Notes: generated from the letters alone by a model not told the origin. DNA of 64,000 nt from Candidatus Bathyarchaeota archaeon (GCA_963783645.1 CAWAOH010000019.1:1738-65737), one strand, 5' to 3'. Shown: positions 10,451 through 22,419, counted from the first letter of the stretch. Made by a program: numbers and translations.

Positions 10451-10610
10451 TCCTCCAACACCTCAATCCTCTATTCTATTATTGATAGAGATGCACCAGG
10501 GACTTCAGCCAGCCCCGTAAGCGAACGGCCGTTTTTGACGTAAATTTACGTAAAAATTACACGTTTCTTGACGTTTACGATTGCGGCCGGAATAGCAGCT
10601 GCTTTGACGT

Positions 10611-10886
10611 TCATAGGCTCTTGAATGCGTCTTTCAAATCTTTCCGGGGGAGTTTTAGGTTTAATGCGTCTTTGATGCTTTCTATTGAGGACCCGGGCAC
10701 TCTGCCCGTCGCGTGACGTACGACGATCTTCTTACCGAGCACATACTTTGCTATGTCCGCTGGGAATTCTACTATTACGTTTGTTACTTTCATCTCGGCA
10801 AGATCAAATTCCAAGTCCTTGACTTTCCCAAGGTTAACCATATCTTTGCTAAAGACTACCATGTTCTTGAGATTACTAGCGTACAA
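10611..10886 (-). CDS. PRC-barrel domain protein
   Basis: ASNLKNMVVFSKD..NLGKVKDLEFD and IESIKD patterns. Confidence 0.8.
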   Translation of the reverse strand: MYASNLKNMVVFSKDMVNLGKVKDLEFDLAEMKVTNVIVEFPADIAKYVLGKKIVVRHATGRVPGSSIESIKDALNLKLPRKDLKDAFKSL

Positions 10887-11542
10887 GACCGCTCAACCAA
10901 GACTGGGTAATGGCTCCGGTCCTAAATATGAATAGCTGATCTGATGCTCTGATTGTTCGCAGACTGGATCTCTCCTGAAGTCCGTTGCACGATCGTTCAT
11001 TAGAGGATTCAAGTATGTTATGTTCACAGTCGAGGTGACCTGTCAAGGCCGGATTCAATTGGAGTTGCAGGTTTCGATATGCAACGATACCACAACGAAC
11101 TTGCTTGCGGCTGCGATAATCCCGTAGCCAAAGTTCGTCAAACACAGATGTGACGCCAATGATTATTCCGCCAAGCGCTCCAACTATTCCTGACGCTTGT
11201 GAGTTAGCGTCCTGGACTGCCTTCTGGTAGGCTTCTGTGCGTAGCGCATTGTAATTAGGGTAACAAACTTGAAGGAGATTCCATCCACTGGTTTACGCCC
11301 GCCGTATTGCGGCGTCATCGATCTCGCTCACATCCGACAGATTCCAAGCTCTAATCACCATGACTTCGACAGAGTTTATGGCAACGTAGCCAACGAGCTG
11401 AGTGTTGTTATTGTTCAGACTATTAGGTCGGCTAAACGTTATGAGGTGAATGTCGATTTGATTGACTCAGCGAATAATCGCATAGTGACGAAAGCCGTGG
11501 TCATTTTCGCGTCATTCCTGTAGGCTTTGTCAGCGATCCCTA

Positions 11543-11619
11543 GACTGGTTTACGGGGCGAACTGTAAACAGCGTGCCTTCATGAGGCGCACCTGCTGTTA
11601 CAGTTCCACGCCACCAGTC
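11543..11619. other. Long imperfect intergenic hairpin
   Basis: Stems GACTGGT/ACCAGTC, GGCG/CGCC, AACTGTA/TACAGTT, ACAGC/GCTGT and GTGCCT/AGGCGC. Confidence 0.7.
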
Positions 11620-12161
11620 AGCATGCTGGACGCGGCGACGTCAGGAATGGTGCTAAAATGAATCCCGTGTTTTCGGCACTAGCGGTGATTGGTAGTCAAT
11701 CAAAGCGACGTAAGACAATCTCATACTGCTAATGCCCACGTATGATCTCATACAATACGCAAGAGTCAGCTCGGATACGTTGCCGTAACTCTGTTCGAAT
11801 TGTCATGGTGATTGGAGCTGGCAATCGGCCGAATGTGGGCAAGATCGTTTCTTGATCGCCGTAGTACATCCGTGAAGCATACCAGGTGGATGGAATTCTC
11901 CTTCAATGTTCGTTGACCCTAACTTACTAACCCGCATACGCTCAGAAGTCTACCAGAAGTCAGTTGCAGGATCGCTAACTCACAAGTCGTCAGGAATCAG
12001 TTCGATCTTTGCTTTTCGTAGAGTAATCATTCCCGTGCTGAATTCTCTGTTTCAACGAACTTAGGCGTGGCCAGCGGGATAGCTATACATCCTAGGCTTA
12101 GGTTATGGTGGTACGAGCTGTATCGGGCCGTGGGACTTCATTGAAAATTCACGGTGGGCAA

Positions 12162-12400
12162 CTAGGTCACCTGTGTACGGTGAACATGAACAACTTGTAC
12201 CTCTAACGATAGTATATTCTGTATCTTCCAAACCTTACACGGTAGGTATTCTTCCATTTTCTTGATATCCCAATTCTCTTCAAGGAACGGAAAGTTTTGC
12301 AGATCGTTGATGAAAGTGTTAGCTTCTATCTTTCGAGACTCTTCTGTCATATTCTCTTGGATGAAGTTGCTGACTTTATGATGAACCGTCACGGTGTATT
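12162..12400 (-). pseudogene. RelE/ParE-family toxin, frameshifted
   Basis: YTVTVHHKV..FI..L.NFP..WDIKKM, then the alternate frame gives NTYRVRFGRYRIYY; overlaps the upstream antitoxin. Confidence 0.7.
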
Positions 12401-12615
12401 TTTGACCTAAATGACTGATTGAATTCGGCAAGGGTTAACGACTTTCCTTCATCCATTTCTCGTTCTGCTTCGTCTAATTCACGTAGTTCTTCCTCAGTTA
12501 GCTTCTCCGTAGGCATCTTTTCGTGCCTGTTAATTTCCTCTGCCTGTTCGATGTAGCGCATTAGCGTACGGAGTGCTTCGGCAGCTTCTTCAGGTCGAAC
12601 CACTTGTAAAGTCAT
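12376..12615 (-). CDS. Putative antitoxin
   Basis: Acidic LTEEELRELDEAEREMDEGKSLTLAEF motif directly upstream of the RelE-like gene. Confidence 0.7.
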   Translation of the reverse strand: MTLQVVRPEEAAEALRTLMRYIEQAEEINRHEKMPTEKLTEEELRELDEAEREMDEGKSLTLAEFNQSFRSKIHRDGSS

Positions 12616-12835
12616 TACCCATCACCAATCACACATACTCTATCTAGGCATGTCTAGCTAGGCCGAGGCATGCCATGGCGCGTCAGTTTATGCCATGTGG
12701 CGCGGATGGCCATACTAGGCAGGCGTAGGTAGCGTTCTGTACCCTATATTGCATAGCATGCAAATAACTTCTCAGTAGGAGATTTGGGGGCAATTCGGTA
12801 GAAACTATTAATCCACGTAACCTAGTTCACGCAGT

Positions 12836-14535
12836 ATGGCCGCCGCGACGCCTACGTTAGATTTCAAGCACTCTCTACGACGAATGTTTCTGTACGGTGC
12901 GATAGGCGGCGTTATTGCGACGCTCATCCAGTACGTAGGAGCGGTTGCTTCAGCCTTCCCTTTCCGCCCGTAGAGATCTTCAGAATTATACTTGCGCCCG
13001 TGCCCGGCTCGTTGCAGTCGGTTGCAGTTGAGAACCTTGGTGAATACGCGAAGTACGGCGCAGTTCACCTTTGCCACTGCGGCCTATGTTCTGTTGTATG
13101 GGTTAATCGGTGCTTCCTTGGGTGCGCGGTCTCGTGAGCGTATGCTCTCGAAACCTTGGGCACTTTTGTTTTGCATTGTACCAACGATCGTGGCCTTCGC
13201 GTTCGAGTTCGAGCTGGCGCCTAGCTACTCTTCGCTCTCATCCTTGGCGGGTTGGTTGCTTGCTGTAGGTCTCATTATCGTTGCAAACATCTCATTCACG
13301 GGAACTTTCATGGGATTAATGAATTTGGAGCATGAACACATGTTGACTTCGTCCCCCGTTCCGGCAACCGGGTTACCGCGCCGAGGATTCCTCAGGAAAG
13401 CTGCTGGTCTGGCTTTTGTTGTGGCTGCCGCCGCAGCTTGGCATTAAGCTTGGCTTATCAGTTCTTTCTGGTCAACCAGTTGTGGGAACTAGCAACCCGA
13501 TCCCAGTGAATCCTGAACCGTCGACAACAACCATGACCACGAGTACTGCCGCGGCTTCCACGTCCACCGTTGCGGCTACATCAACATCGTCCGGGCTTGC
13601 TCCGGTTTTTGCGGATCCGAGAATCAGCGACCTCGTCAAGTCGGAGGTCACGGATAATCGAATCTTTTACCGCGTAGACATTGACCCTGATCCACCTGAA
13701 CTGGATTTTGACAGTTGGTCCCTGGCGATTGACGGCAAAGTTTCGAATCCCAAGACGATCAAGAAGGCTGACATCCTGTCTCTGCCAACGACGGATGAAT
13801 ACGTGACCCTCGAGTGCATCAGCAACACCATCAACCCGCCGGCGGGACTCATTAGTAACGCTAAGTGGACGGGAGTACCTCTTGCGATGCTTCTCAATCA
13901 GGTTGGCCTTCTGCCCGAAGCAAAGTACATTATCTTTCACAGCGCGGACGGTTACCGCGTGGGGATACCCGTTGAGCGAGCCATGCATCCTGAAACAATC
14001 TTAGCTTACAAGATGAACGATGATTTCCTGCGTCAAGAGCATGGTTTTCCTCTCCGCGCGATCATCCCAGGAATCTATGGGATGATGAACGCCAAATGGA
14101 TCACTCAGATTACGGTTGTAGATTACGTCTACTTGGGATATTGGCAAACTCGAGGATGGTCGAATGATGCCAGGATCAAGACAACTTCAATCATCTACTA
14201 CCCATCTCGTCAAATCAGCGGGGAGCAGATCAACGTCGGTCCAGATGGCTACGTTCCCGTAGCCGGAGTTGCCTTCGCGGGCGACCGGGGCATCAGCAAA
14301 GTGGAAGTAAGCACGGACGGAGGGAAAACATGGAACCTGGCATACCTGAAACCTCCAACCTCCCCATATCTCATGGGTTCTCTGGGCGTACGAGTGGACC
14401 CCGCCAAGCAAAGGTCAATATCAACTCATCGTGAAAGCAACCGACGGAACTGGCACATTGCAGAGCGGAGCTACAACTAACCCGTTCCCATACGGCGCGA
14501 CAGGATACAATTCGCTAAACGTCTACGTTACATAG
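12836..14535 (+). CDS. Membrane-bound sulfite-oxidase-family molybdopterin oxidoreductase (frameshifted)
   Basis: N-terminal TMs, RRGFL, FYRVDI, TLECISN, NAKWTGVPL, HGFPLRAIIPGIYG, GYWQTRGW and PFPYGATG. Confidence 0.9.
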
Positions 14536-14702
14536 AGTCAGCAGGTATGCCCCTAGAGCCCCAGAGATAAAGCTCACCGCTAGGCCGAGAAAACATCTTA
14601 CAGAAATTGAATGGAAAAACGTTACGTCTCTTTCGGAGTTTATAGAAGAAAAAGAAGGAGGGGCTACGATCGCTTTCGCGTTCGGACAGCGTCCCCGCTG
14701 TC

Positions 14703-17700
14703 TTACTTGCGTCTGCGTCGTAGTACGTATAGTGATGCTGCTAGTGCGGATACTGCTGCGATTGCTATGCCGCTGAATTCTGGTACGGGTATGTTGGATT
14801 GTTCTAGGTACATGTTTTGTCCTGTGCCAGTTTGGCCGCTTGATACGGCTACTGACCAGGTTTGTGATGCTATGCCTGGACTGCTGAGATGGTGAACTTG
14901 TACGTTCCTGGTGGTAGGTAGGCTTGGTAGACTGCCGTCGTACGTGTAGAAGTTCCAGGCCTGCTGCCGCCTTGTGCGCCCACTACGTTAACTAAGCCCC
15001 AGCTGAGTGGTCGGAACTCGTTACTCCAAGTGAACGCTAGAGCGTTGCCTGTCACTAATCCGTTCAGGTCGACTTCGAAGATTGCGCTTGCTTCACCACT
15101 GTTGTGGGCGTTGCTGATTTGCCAGACGCCTTCCTGCGAGTATGGACCTAGATGGTTCGGTGCCATGCTGTGTCCGACTGCGAATGGTATTGCTGTATTC
15201 AGAGCCATGTCTTCTGTTAGGCTGATGCCTGACTTGGCTGTGGTTCCTGGGATGATGTGGTATGATTCACCCATCAGTAAACCTGCTACTGGTGGATAGT
15301 AGTTCGGTGTTTGCTGGTGCACATCGTGAAGGCTGGCATTGCTGTGGCTGGATCTTGATAGTAACTGTTCCAGTAGGTACAATGTATGAGTTCATACTGG
15401 GAAGCCGCCTGGTACAAAGGTTTCGATGCTTGGAACGTGTTCGGCGATGCATGTAGGTTGTGACGCCGATTCCTTCGAAGCAGTCTGTTCCGGTGTTGTT
15501 GGCGTACCAGTTGACGAAGTCTACTTCAGCGGTCCATCCGCCTTGGTAGTCTGGTGCACCGAGGATACCCGTAGTTCGGGAAGTAGCCTGGATTATTCCA
15601 GTTCATTCCTGGCGCAGCGTAGCATGCTAAGTCGAATTCACAGAATCCGCCAAAGACTGGATCTCCAGAAGTATGTTTCCTTGTTGTAGTACTCGTTTAC
15701 TCCGCCGTTCTGTCCTGCTGCTGGTACTTGTGGTAGTCCTGCCATGAGGACGTGAAGTTCAGTCACCCGCCTGGCAAGTAATTGTACGAGTTGAGTAGCT
15801 TCGGGAATGGAATGTTTCCACCCTGTCCACCATTAAGCAACGGAGGTCGCAGCTCCATTGACTGGGTCTCCCATGTTGCCGAATGGATACTGGGTTGTTC
15901 CGTCAGCGGCTCTTGCGAAGCCGTTGCCTGTTACGTATGTGCCTTCGCTCGACATCCATTCAGCGACTAAGTTGCCTGAGTCGTCGAATAGTCGAACTCT
16001 AGCGGACATGTTGCCGTCGGTTGGTGTGATGATGTGTTCTTTCTTGAAGAGTATGTCCAATGTTACGTTGACGCCGATTACTAGGTTGATTTTCATGTCG
16101 GCGACTTGGCCTGAGTTGCCGTATACTGAGTAATCCTTGTCCTGGACGTATCCGTAGGTGTAGGCGTGTAAATCGTACTGTTCGTTGACTGGAAGTGCGG
16201 ATGGGTACAAGTTAATGTATCCAGTTAATGCGGAACTGTACATTCCACCCACCCTGCCTCCTCCGAGGCCGGCTTGGGTTGCGCTGTAGTGACATACTGC
16301 GTTCCCGTTGAGTTTCGTCGCTGTCAAGAGGTAAGCCCATGGGCCACCTGTGTAGCCTCCTACAAAGCCGAGACGGCTAAGTTCTTGTCCGAAGAACGCG
16401 TCGTTGCGAGTTTCCGTCGTAGGCGATGTACTTTTGTGATGATGGGTCAAGGTATAGTGGGTTCCATCCACCACCGCACATTTGGACAAAGCTTGCTGTG
16501 TCATTCTGGAATAGGCAGACTGGTTGGTGTCGTATCCGCCATGTTACCTACCTCGTCGCTGATGAAGTCGACGAGGGTGCCGTTGTTGTAGATTCCGATG
16601 TCAATTTCTTGACCAACCATAGGTTCGCATCGAGTCAGGCATTCCGTGGGCAGTGGCTAAATTTGGGTGTACGGTGGGACTTGGCCAAAGCCGTTACCTG
16701 GTCAGTGCCGTTCCGCCGTGTGTGAATCCTGCGCCCCATGGGTATGGTTGTTGTCCTGAGCAGTAAGTGTCGGGTGCGGCTGGATTGTTGTTAATTGGGA
16801 AGTTCGGCATGTCCCGATGGCAGCCATTAACGTGGTAGGCCAACTAAGTCCGTAGCCCCATTGGCCCCAGACCCAGTTTCTGCTAACGCGTGGTCGTTCC
16901 CAGTCGATGCTGTAGACTGTAAGGTTGAAGCCTGCGCCTCGGTATACGTGGTCGCTGATGCTGGTTGGGTTACCGCTGAGTGTTACTGATACCCATTCTA
17001 CTGGAGCTGCTTCAATGTAGCCGAGTACGAAGACGTGTGGTTGGTATGTGCCTGAGGGGATGCCGTAGTTCTCTCCGCCCCAAGTGTCGTTGAAGCCCCA
17101 GAACTGAATGTTCGCGCGACCTGTATTGATGGCGTGCTGGTTTAATCCTGCCGTGTCGAGGTGGTTGCCATGCTGGAACTCTCCGTAGGCGAAGGATGCT
17201 CCTTGCCAGTCAGTATATTTGCCCTTCGTGTACACTGCGCCGTGAAGAACCATTAGAACCGATTGAACCACCGGTTCGGGCAGTCGAATAGCCTCTAGCC
17301 GTAGTAGCCTTCGCAGCCGAGTAGTGATTGGTTGTATGACCAGACTATGCCGTTCGCGTCAACTAGGACTCCGGACATTACTCCGGCGCCTGTGTCGATT
17401 GGGTCTTCAGTAATGCCGTTGATGACGTTGTGGAAGTGAACAGTCTTGTTCACCCAGCTTGATAGGCGTAGGTCGATTGGTAGTGTTACGTCTCCAGCCC
17501 ACTCGTTTGGTGTTACGTCAAAGTAGTATTCTTGGAAGGTGCTACCGTCCAAGGCGGACTGTACGTAGCGGAAGGTCCACGCACGAGCGTAGTATCTTCC
17601 TGGGGTTAAGCCGTTAACCCAAGTAGCGTAAACTTGCGGAACCATTCCGTCAAGGTCTCTTGGGGCACCGTACTCACCCTTAACACCGAACTCAAAGTGG

Positions 17701-19402
17701 AACGGAATCGTTGTACCGCCCTGAACGAACCAGTGTTGTGGAGGACCAACTCCCTGTGGATCTTGGAAGTTGCTGGTTGTTAGTAAGTATCCTGGTTCCG
17801 AGTCCGTTGGCCACGCTTGAGACTTGGTAGAATGACAGTTGGTCCTGACGTTGTACTGTCCGTATCCGTTCCATGGTACGTATTCGTGCCATGGGAAGGC
17901 AATGTTAGCTCCTGTTCGTGGGTCGGCGCAGTATCCTGCGTCACGCCTGTCGTAGAACATTTCTTGGCCGCCCGCTATACACGGAAGTGGGGACCAGGAG
18001 ACCATGTTAGCGCTGGGGTCTGGGATGTGGTTGAGTGTTGGAGCGTCGTATAGTTCAATCTTAATGTATTGACCAGTTGATATTAGCTGGTCCTTGACAT
18101 ACACATTAGGTGGTCGCCTGTCATGCGTTAAGCATTGTACTGATACGGCCATGGCTCATCACCGAACTGGTGCTTGGTGAACACGTTGCCGTGAATCACT
18201 GGACCAGGTTGTAGGTAACCATCGAAGTGCAAAGACTGACCTTTCAACACAGTGAAGCCTGACTGGACAAGCGTCTGCGGATAACCAGCCGCTGATGCGT
18301 ATAGGTCGTAGACTCCTGGCGCTAAGCCTTCCACTTCGTAGTGGCCTGCGGCTGTTGCGTTGAAGTATCCGACTGCATCGACGAGCGGTAGATCCGGACG
18401 TTGCTGACCAGTGTATGGGTCAAGGCGAGTAGTCATCTTGGCCCAAACTTTACCAGCTTCCTGGATTGGTTTGCTGTATAGGGTTTGGTTATAACCAGCG
18501 TACCGGATGGTTCCGGTTATGATGGCTGGATCAATCTCACCCTTCACAAGCATAACCGGCCAGTTCTGTGTTGGGAGGAACTGAGTCGGACTCATCCCGA
18601 CTTTTAGTGACGAAACTGTATCTGTGCTTACTCCTTCGGCTCCGCCAAGATAAGACGCACCGCCGTTGATCAGGAGGATCTTGAAGAAGTATCTGCCCGC
18701 GGTGGTTGGAGCGGTTACTCCGTTGATTCTAATGTAGTACCATTCTCCGGCTGATGTGAACGAAATGCGCTGATGGTTGTAGTACGAAGACTGGAGTGGT
18801 GAGTTTCCGCTTTGGCCGCCGTCAGCTGCGATAAACACTACATGCCATCCTGGAGCATAACGGTCGAATGGTGAGCAGTATTGACAGTAATTCCCGAGTA
18901 GTCGTTCGTTAGAGTAGAGACGACCTGCGAAGCGTCAGGGACAGTGAAGTTTGATGGGATGTAGATAGCTATGTTATCCCAGGTACCCATGTAGCCGTAT
19001 GTTGCGTTGATGGCGAAGATGAGGTCACCAGTTGATCCTGTGAGTACAGCTCCGAATGGCGCATACGCGTCACTCTCAAGCTGATACCAGGAACTGCTCG
19101 GCGATTGCCGAACTGGTTGTTCCCGGCGCGCTCGCGGGCTTTCCGCCCGGATAGGGTGATTGATAGCCTGGTCCACTATTGACGCTCGCAAAACTTGGGG
19201 AACCTCCCCATGTGTTTTGGCCGCCTCCTGGCCAGACATACCCAATAACCCCTGGGACGTGGGGGTCGAAGTCATTTGCATGGTACCGATAGGTGCCCGT
19301 TAGGTCACCTAAGGTGAAGTGAGCCGACACCGGATTTACAATAGCAAACGTACTAATTGCGAAAATCGCGATTGTCAGCACTGCAGCTAATTTCTTATGC
19401 AA
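14703..19402 (-). CDS. Giant (~1550 aa) secreted surface / S-layer-like protein with PEF-CTERM sorting signal (many frameshifts)
   Basis: TTG start with signal peptide HKKLAAVLTIAIFAISTFAIVNPVSA; consecutive ORF fragments with carboxypeptidase-regulatory-like domains (GHYEVEGLAPGVY); C-terminus NIPVPEFSGIAIAAVSALAASLYVLRRRRK. Confidence 0.85.
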
Positions 19403-19652
19403 TTTTATTTTTTCCTTTAATTGTGTTATGCGTACGTGAATACGCATACAAGTCAGGATGGCCATCTGATCGTATATAAGGCGGAGTGTTGGATTCCGAC
19501 ATATCAAAGAAATCGCGAAGATGTCATCCTGAACTCCATCAAATTTCAGCACATGAAAAACTCGGACCCAACTCGAAGAGTCATGTCGATTAAGAGCTCA
19601 ACAAGGGATGAATCAACGGTAACCCTAATTTGGCACGCCTATATACCACGCC

Positions 19653-21824
19653 ATGGCCATTCTATTGCGCCCAGCACCCCTAGTCCTCATTCTACTAGTC
19701 TTCCTCCCACTACTGGCCACTAGCGTAGGAGCACAACGCACGCCACACTACGTGGTGCTCTATGCTCATTCGTACGGCGATACCGCAATCCTAAACGCTC
19801 TTCCGCAGTGGTCAGGACAAAAGGCGGCTGACATCAGCAAAGGGATCACATTCCGACTCAATCCGGTACTTGGAGATAATTTGCACATTTACGGAGGCAT
19901 CACTTTCACGCTCTACCTTCGAGCCAGCGCTAGCTTCTTCGGAACCATAGGAATACAAGTTTCAGAACTCTCGAAAGACGGTAAAGAGACGTTAGTTCCC
20001 AACGCAAAAGCACCGGACAACCCGCTCACATTAGACACGAGAACAGTACCAGTCACATTCGGAGTTGGAATCGTAGACTACGAGTTCCAATCTGGCTCAT
20101 CGATACTTCTTCGCATCGGAGTTGATCAAGTATTCAAGCCCGGAATACCACTCCTAGTCTGGGACGACACCACTACACCAACGAGCCTAAGGCTACCAGC
20201 GATCTCTCCAACGAGGGCGCAACTGCAATTCATCGGACACCCAAGCTTCGGACACATATTCGAAGCAGACGGCGAGGGCAATCAGACTGTAAGAATCGAC
20301 GCGAACGTCAGGGACACGATCGGAGTCTACCGCTTCCAGTCCGTAGCCTTCAAACTAACAGCGCCCAACGGAAATATCACCACTGTCCAAATGAACCCGA
20401 GTAACAGTACCGATTACTCAAGTCTCTACTCGACTACCGCCGAGCTGAGTCAGGGTGAATGGCAGATCGGTTTCGTGTTACGTGATTTGGCAGGGGATAG
20501 TTACGAGTTTAACGACAATTTGTGGGTGACACCCTTCTACCCTGTTATGATTCAGGTAGTTGGGTCGGACGGTGTCAGCCTCCAGCAGGCGACTTTGAAC
20601 GTTACGTTTGGAAATAACGCTGCTTGGACTTCCTTGACAAATCAGACAGGCTGGGGCATCCTTTCTCTTCCCTCAAGTCAGATAGTGGGACCCCTAAACA
20701 TTACTATTCGTTGGTTAGGAACCGAGACCCTGTCTTCTCTGGACATCGTGGGAACTTCGCGATTTCTCTTCACAATCCTAGTTTACAATCCAGCTGTTCG
20801 CGTAGTCATGAACGGTCTGCCAGTCCCGGTTGCCCACGTGACTCTCTACCAGTTCGGGGTGGTACAACAGGGGTACACTGGAATAAACGGGGCCGTCAAC
20901 TTCAGGACGATACCTGCAGGAAACTACACTGTTCGCGTCGATTATCTTTTCGCGGCCTATGAAGCGCCTTTGAGCGTACACGCAAACGATGTGACCACAC
21001 TTTCTGTACCTTTACCACATAGGACAATTCTGCTTGTCTCGACGCTCGTCCTTATTGGACTCGCAACAACGCTAGTGGTTCGAAGAAGACGCGGCAAACT
21101 CTATCCGCGAAGCTTCGAATATTTCAATGAGATAACACATGGTGGTCTCCCTGACGCCTGTTTCACGGTCATCGTTGGCGACTCTGGTTCCGGAAAGAGT
21201 GTCTTGTTGAACTCTCTTGCCGGAGAACACTTGGCTTCGGGAAAAGCGATCTACGTAACTAACACAGAGTACCCTGAAAAAATCCGCGAAAACCTAGTGA
21301 AGCTTGGGGTATGCAAGAAAGAAGACGTACAGCAGGATAGACTGATCTTTATAGATGCTTATTCCGCAGTCGGGGGAAGCTCATCGAAAGAGGAATTTTC
21401 AGTAAGCTCCTATACTGATATGACGACTCTGGGTTTGAACATAAGCAAGTGTCTCCAGATTGTTGGACCAGGAGCGGACGTTTACTTAGATTCGTTAGCC
21501 GCGTTGATCACGGTGCTGCGTATTGATTACTTGATTAATTTTCTTCAATCAGTGGCTGCCAAGGTGAAGGCGAATAATGGGAAATTCTGCGTGACAATTG
21601 GGTCGGGCATCGAGAAGAAGGATATGACTAAGCTTGAGGAGACTACTGACTGCGTAATTGAGACTCAACTTCAGGAATCCGGCAGTGGCCAACGAAGGCG
21701 AATGCGGATTAAGAAACTCAGGGATAGACCCTACAATGACCATTGGATACGCTTCCAAGTGCAGGAGGGTAAAGGAATCATACTCCTCACGAATTCCAAA
21801 CCTGACAATTCATCCAAGGTCTAA
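19653..21824 (+). CDS. Ectodomain + single TM + cytoplasmic KaiC/RAD55-like ATPase
   Basis: Signal peptide, ~430-aa beta-rich ectodomain, TM followed by RRRRGK, then GGLP, Walker A GDSGSGKS, FIDAY, VYLDSL and RRMRIKKLR. Confidence 0.9.
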   Translation: MAILLRPAPLVLILLVFLPLLATSVGAQRTPHYVVLYAHSYGDTAILNALPQWSGQKAADISKGITFRLNPVLGDNLHIYGGITFTLYLRASASFFGTIGIQVSELSKDGKETLVPNAKAPDNPLTLDTRTVPVTFGVGIVDYEFQSGSSILLRIGVDQVFKPGIPLLVWDDTTTPTSLRLPAISPTRAQLQFIGHPSFGHIFEADGEGNQTVRIDANVRDTIGVYRFQSVAFKLTAPNGNITTVQMNPSNSTDYSSLYSTTAELSQGEWQIGFVLRDLAGDSYEFNDNLWVTPFYPVMIQVVGSDGVSLQQATLNVTFGNNAAWTSLTNQTGWGILSLPSSQIVGPLNITIRWLGTETLSSLDIVGTSRFLFTILVYNPAVRVVMNGLPVPVAHVTLYQFGVVQQGYTGINGAVNFRTIPAGNYTVRVDYLFAAYEAPLSVHANDVTTLSVPLPHRTILLVSTLVLIGLATTLVVRRRRGKLYPRSFEYFNEITHGGLPDACFTVIVGDSGSGKSVLLNSLAGEHLASGKAIYVTNTEYPEKIRENLVKLGVCKKEDVQQDRLIFIDAYSAVGGSSSKEEFSVSSYTDMTTLGLNISKCLQIVGPGADVYLDSLAALITVLRIDYLINFLQSVAAKVKANNGKFCVTIGSGIEKKDMTKLEETTDCVIETQLQESGSGQRRRMRIKKLRDRPYNDHWIRFQVQEGKGIILLTNSKPDNSSKV

Positions 21825-21837
21825 CTCCGGGGAGTTC

Positions 21838-22419
21838 ATGCAGAATGCCAAAAACAAGGGAAGGCTGCAACGGTTGATTTCCAGAATCGCAATCGGCGCA
21901 AGTCTACTTGCCTGGATTCTGCTTATGTTTTCCACCAATTCTGTAGCATCTGCATCACTCTGCCAGTTGATTAACGTCGCATCCACCTATCCTCACCAAG
22001 CGTTACCTAATCAACAGATTCAAGTGAGCACAAATGTTGCTGGCTCTTGCGCCTCTAACGGCGAGGACTATTTCGCGGTCAGGGTTGACTTGGTGGATAG
22101 ACTGTCGAATTCTATGCCTTCATCAAATAGTGTTCCAGTAGGATACAATGCGAAGAACTTCTCAGTAACCGTAGAGAACCATGCTGTAACTCCACATGAG
22201 AATGTGACTTGGCCGTTGGAAATTGACGTCTACGTACTCGAATCAGGTGGACTAGCGGGAAAATACTTGCTTACGGTCGATAACGCAACAATACAAGTGG
22301 GCAACATGTCCATGCCCGAGTTTAACCTCGCCCCTAGCTCCGTGATCCCCCTCACGTTGCTTGTTACCGTATTGGTAATACGTCAACGCAAAACTATGCA
22401 ATCTCGGCGACGGAACTAA
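21838..22419 (+). CDS. Secreted protein with PEF-CTERM-like tail
   Basis: Signal peptide; Cys-bracketed domain as in 10028; MPEF + TM + basic tail. Confidence 0.8.
   Translation: MQNAKNKGRLQRLISRIAIGASLLAWILLMFSTNSVASASLCQLINVASTYPHQALPNQQIQVSTNVAGSCASNGEDYFAVRVDLVDRLSNSMPSSNSVPVGYNAKNFSVTVENHAVTPHENVTWPLEIDVYVLESGGLAGKYLLTVDNATIQVGNMSMPEFNLAPSSVIPLTLLVTVLVIRQRKTMQSRRRN

Noticed and set aside
771-12765. Integron cassette array (hairpins as attC sites)
   Set aside because: The hairpins do not share RYYYAAC/GTTRRRY cores and no integrase is present in the window.
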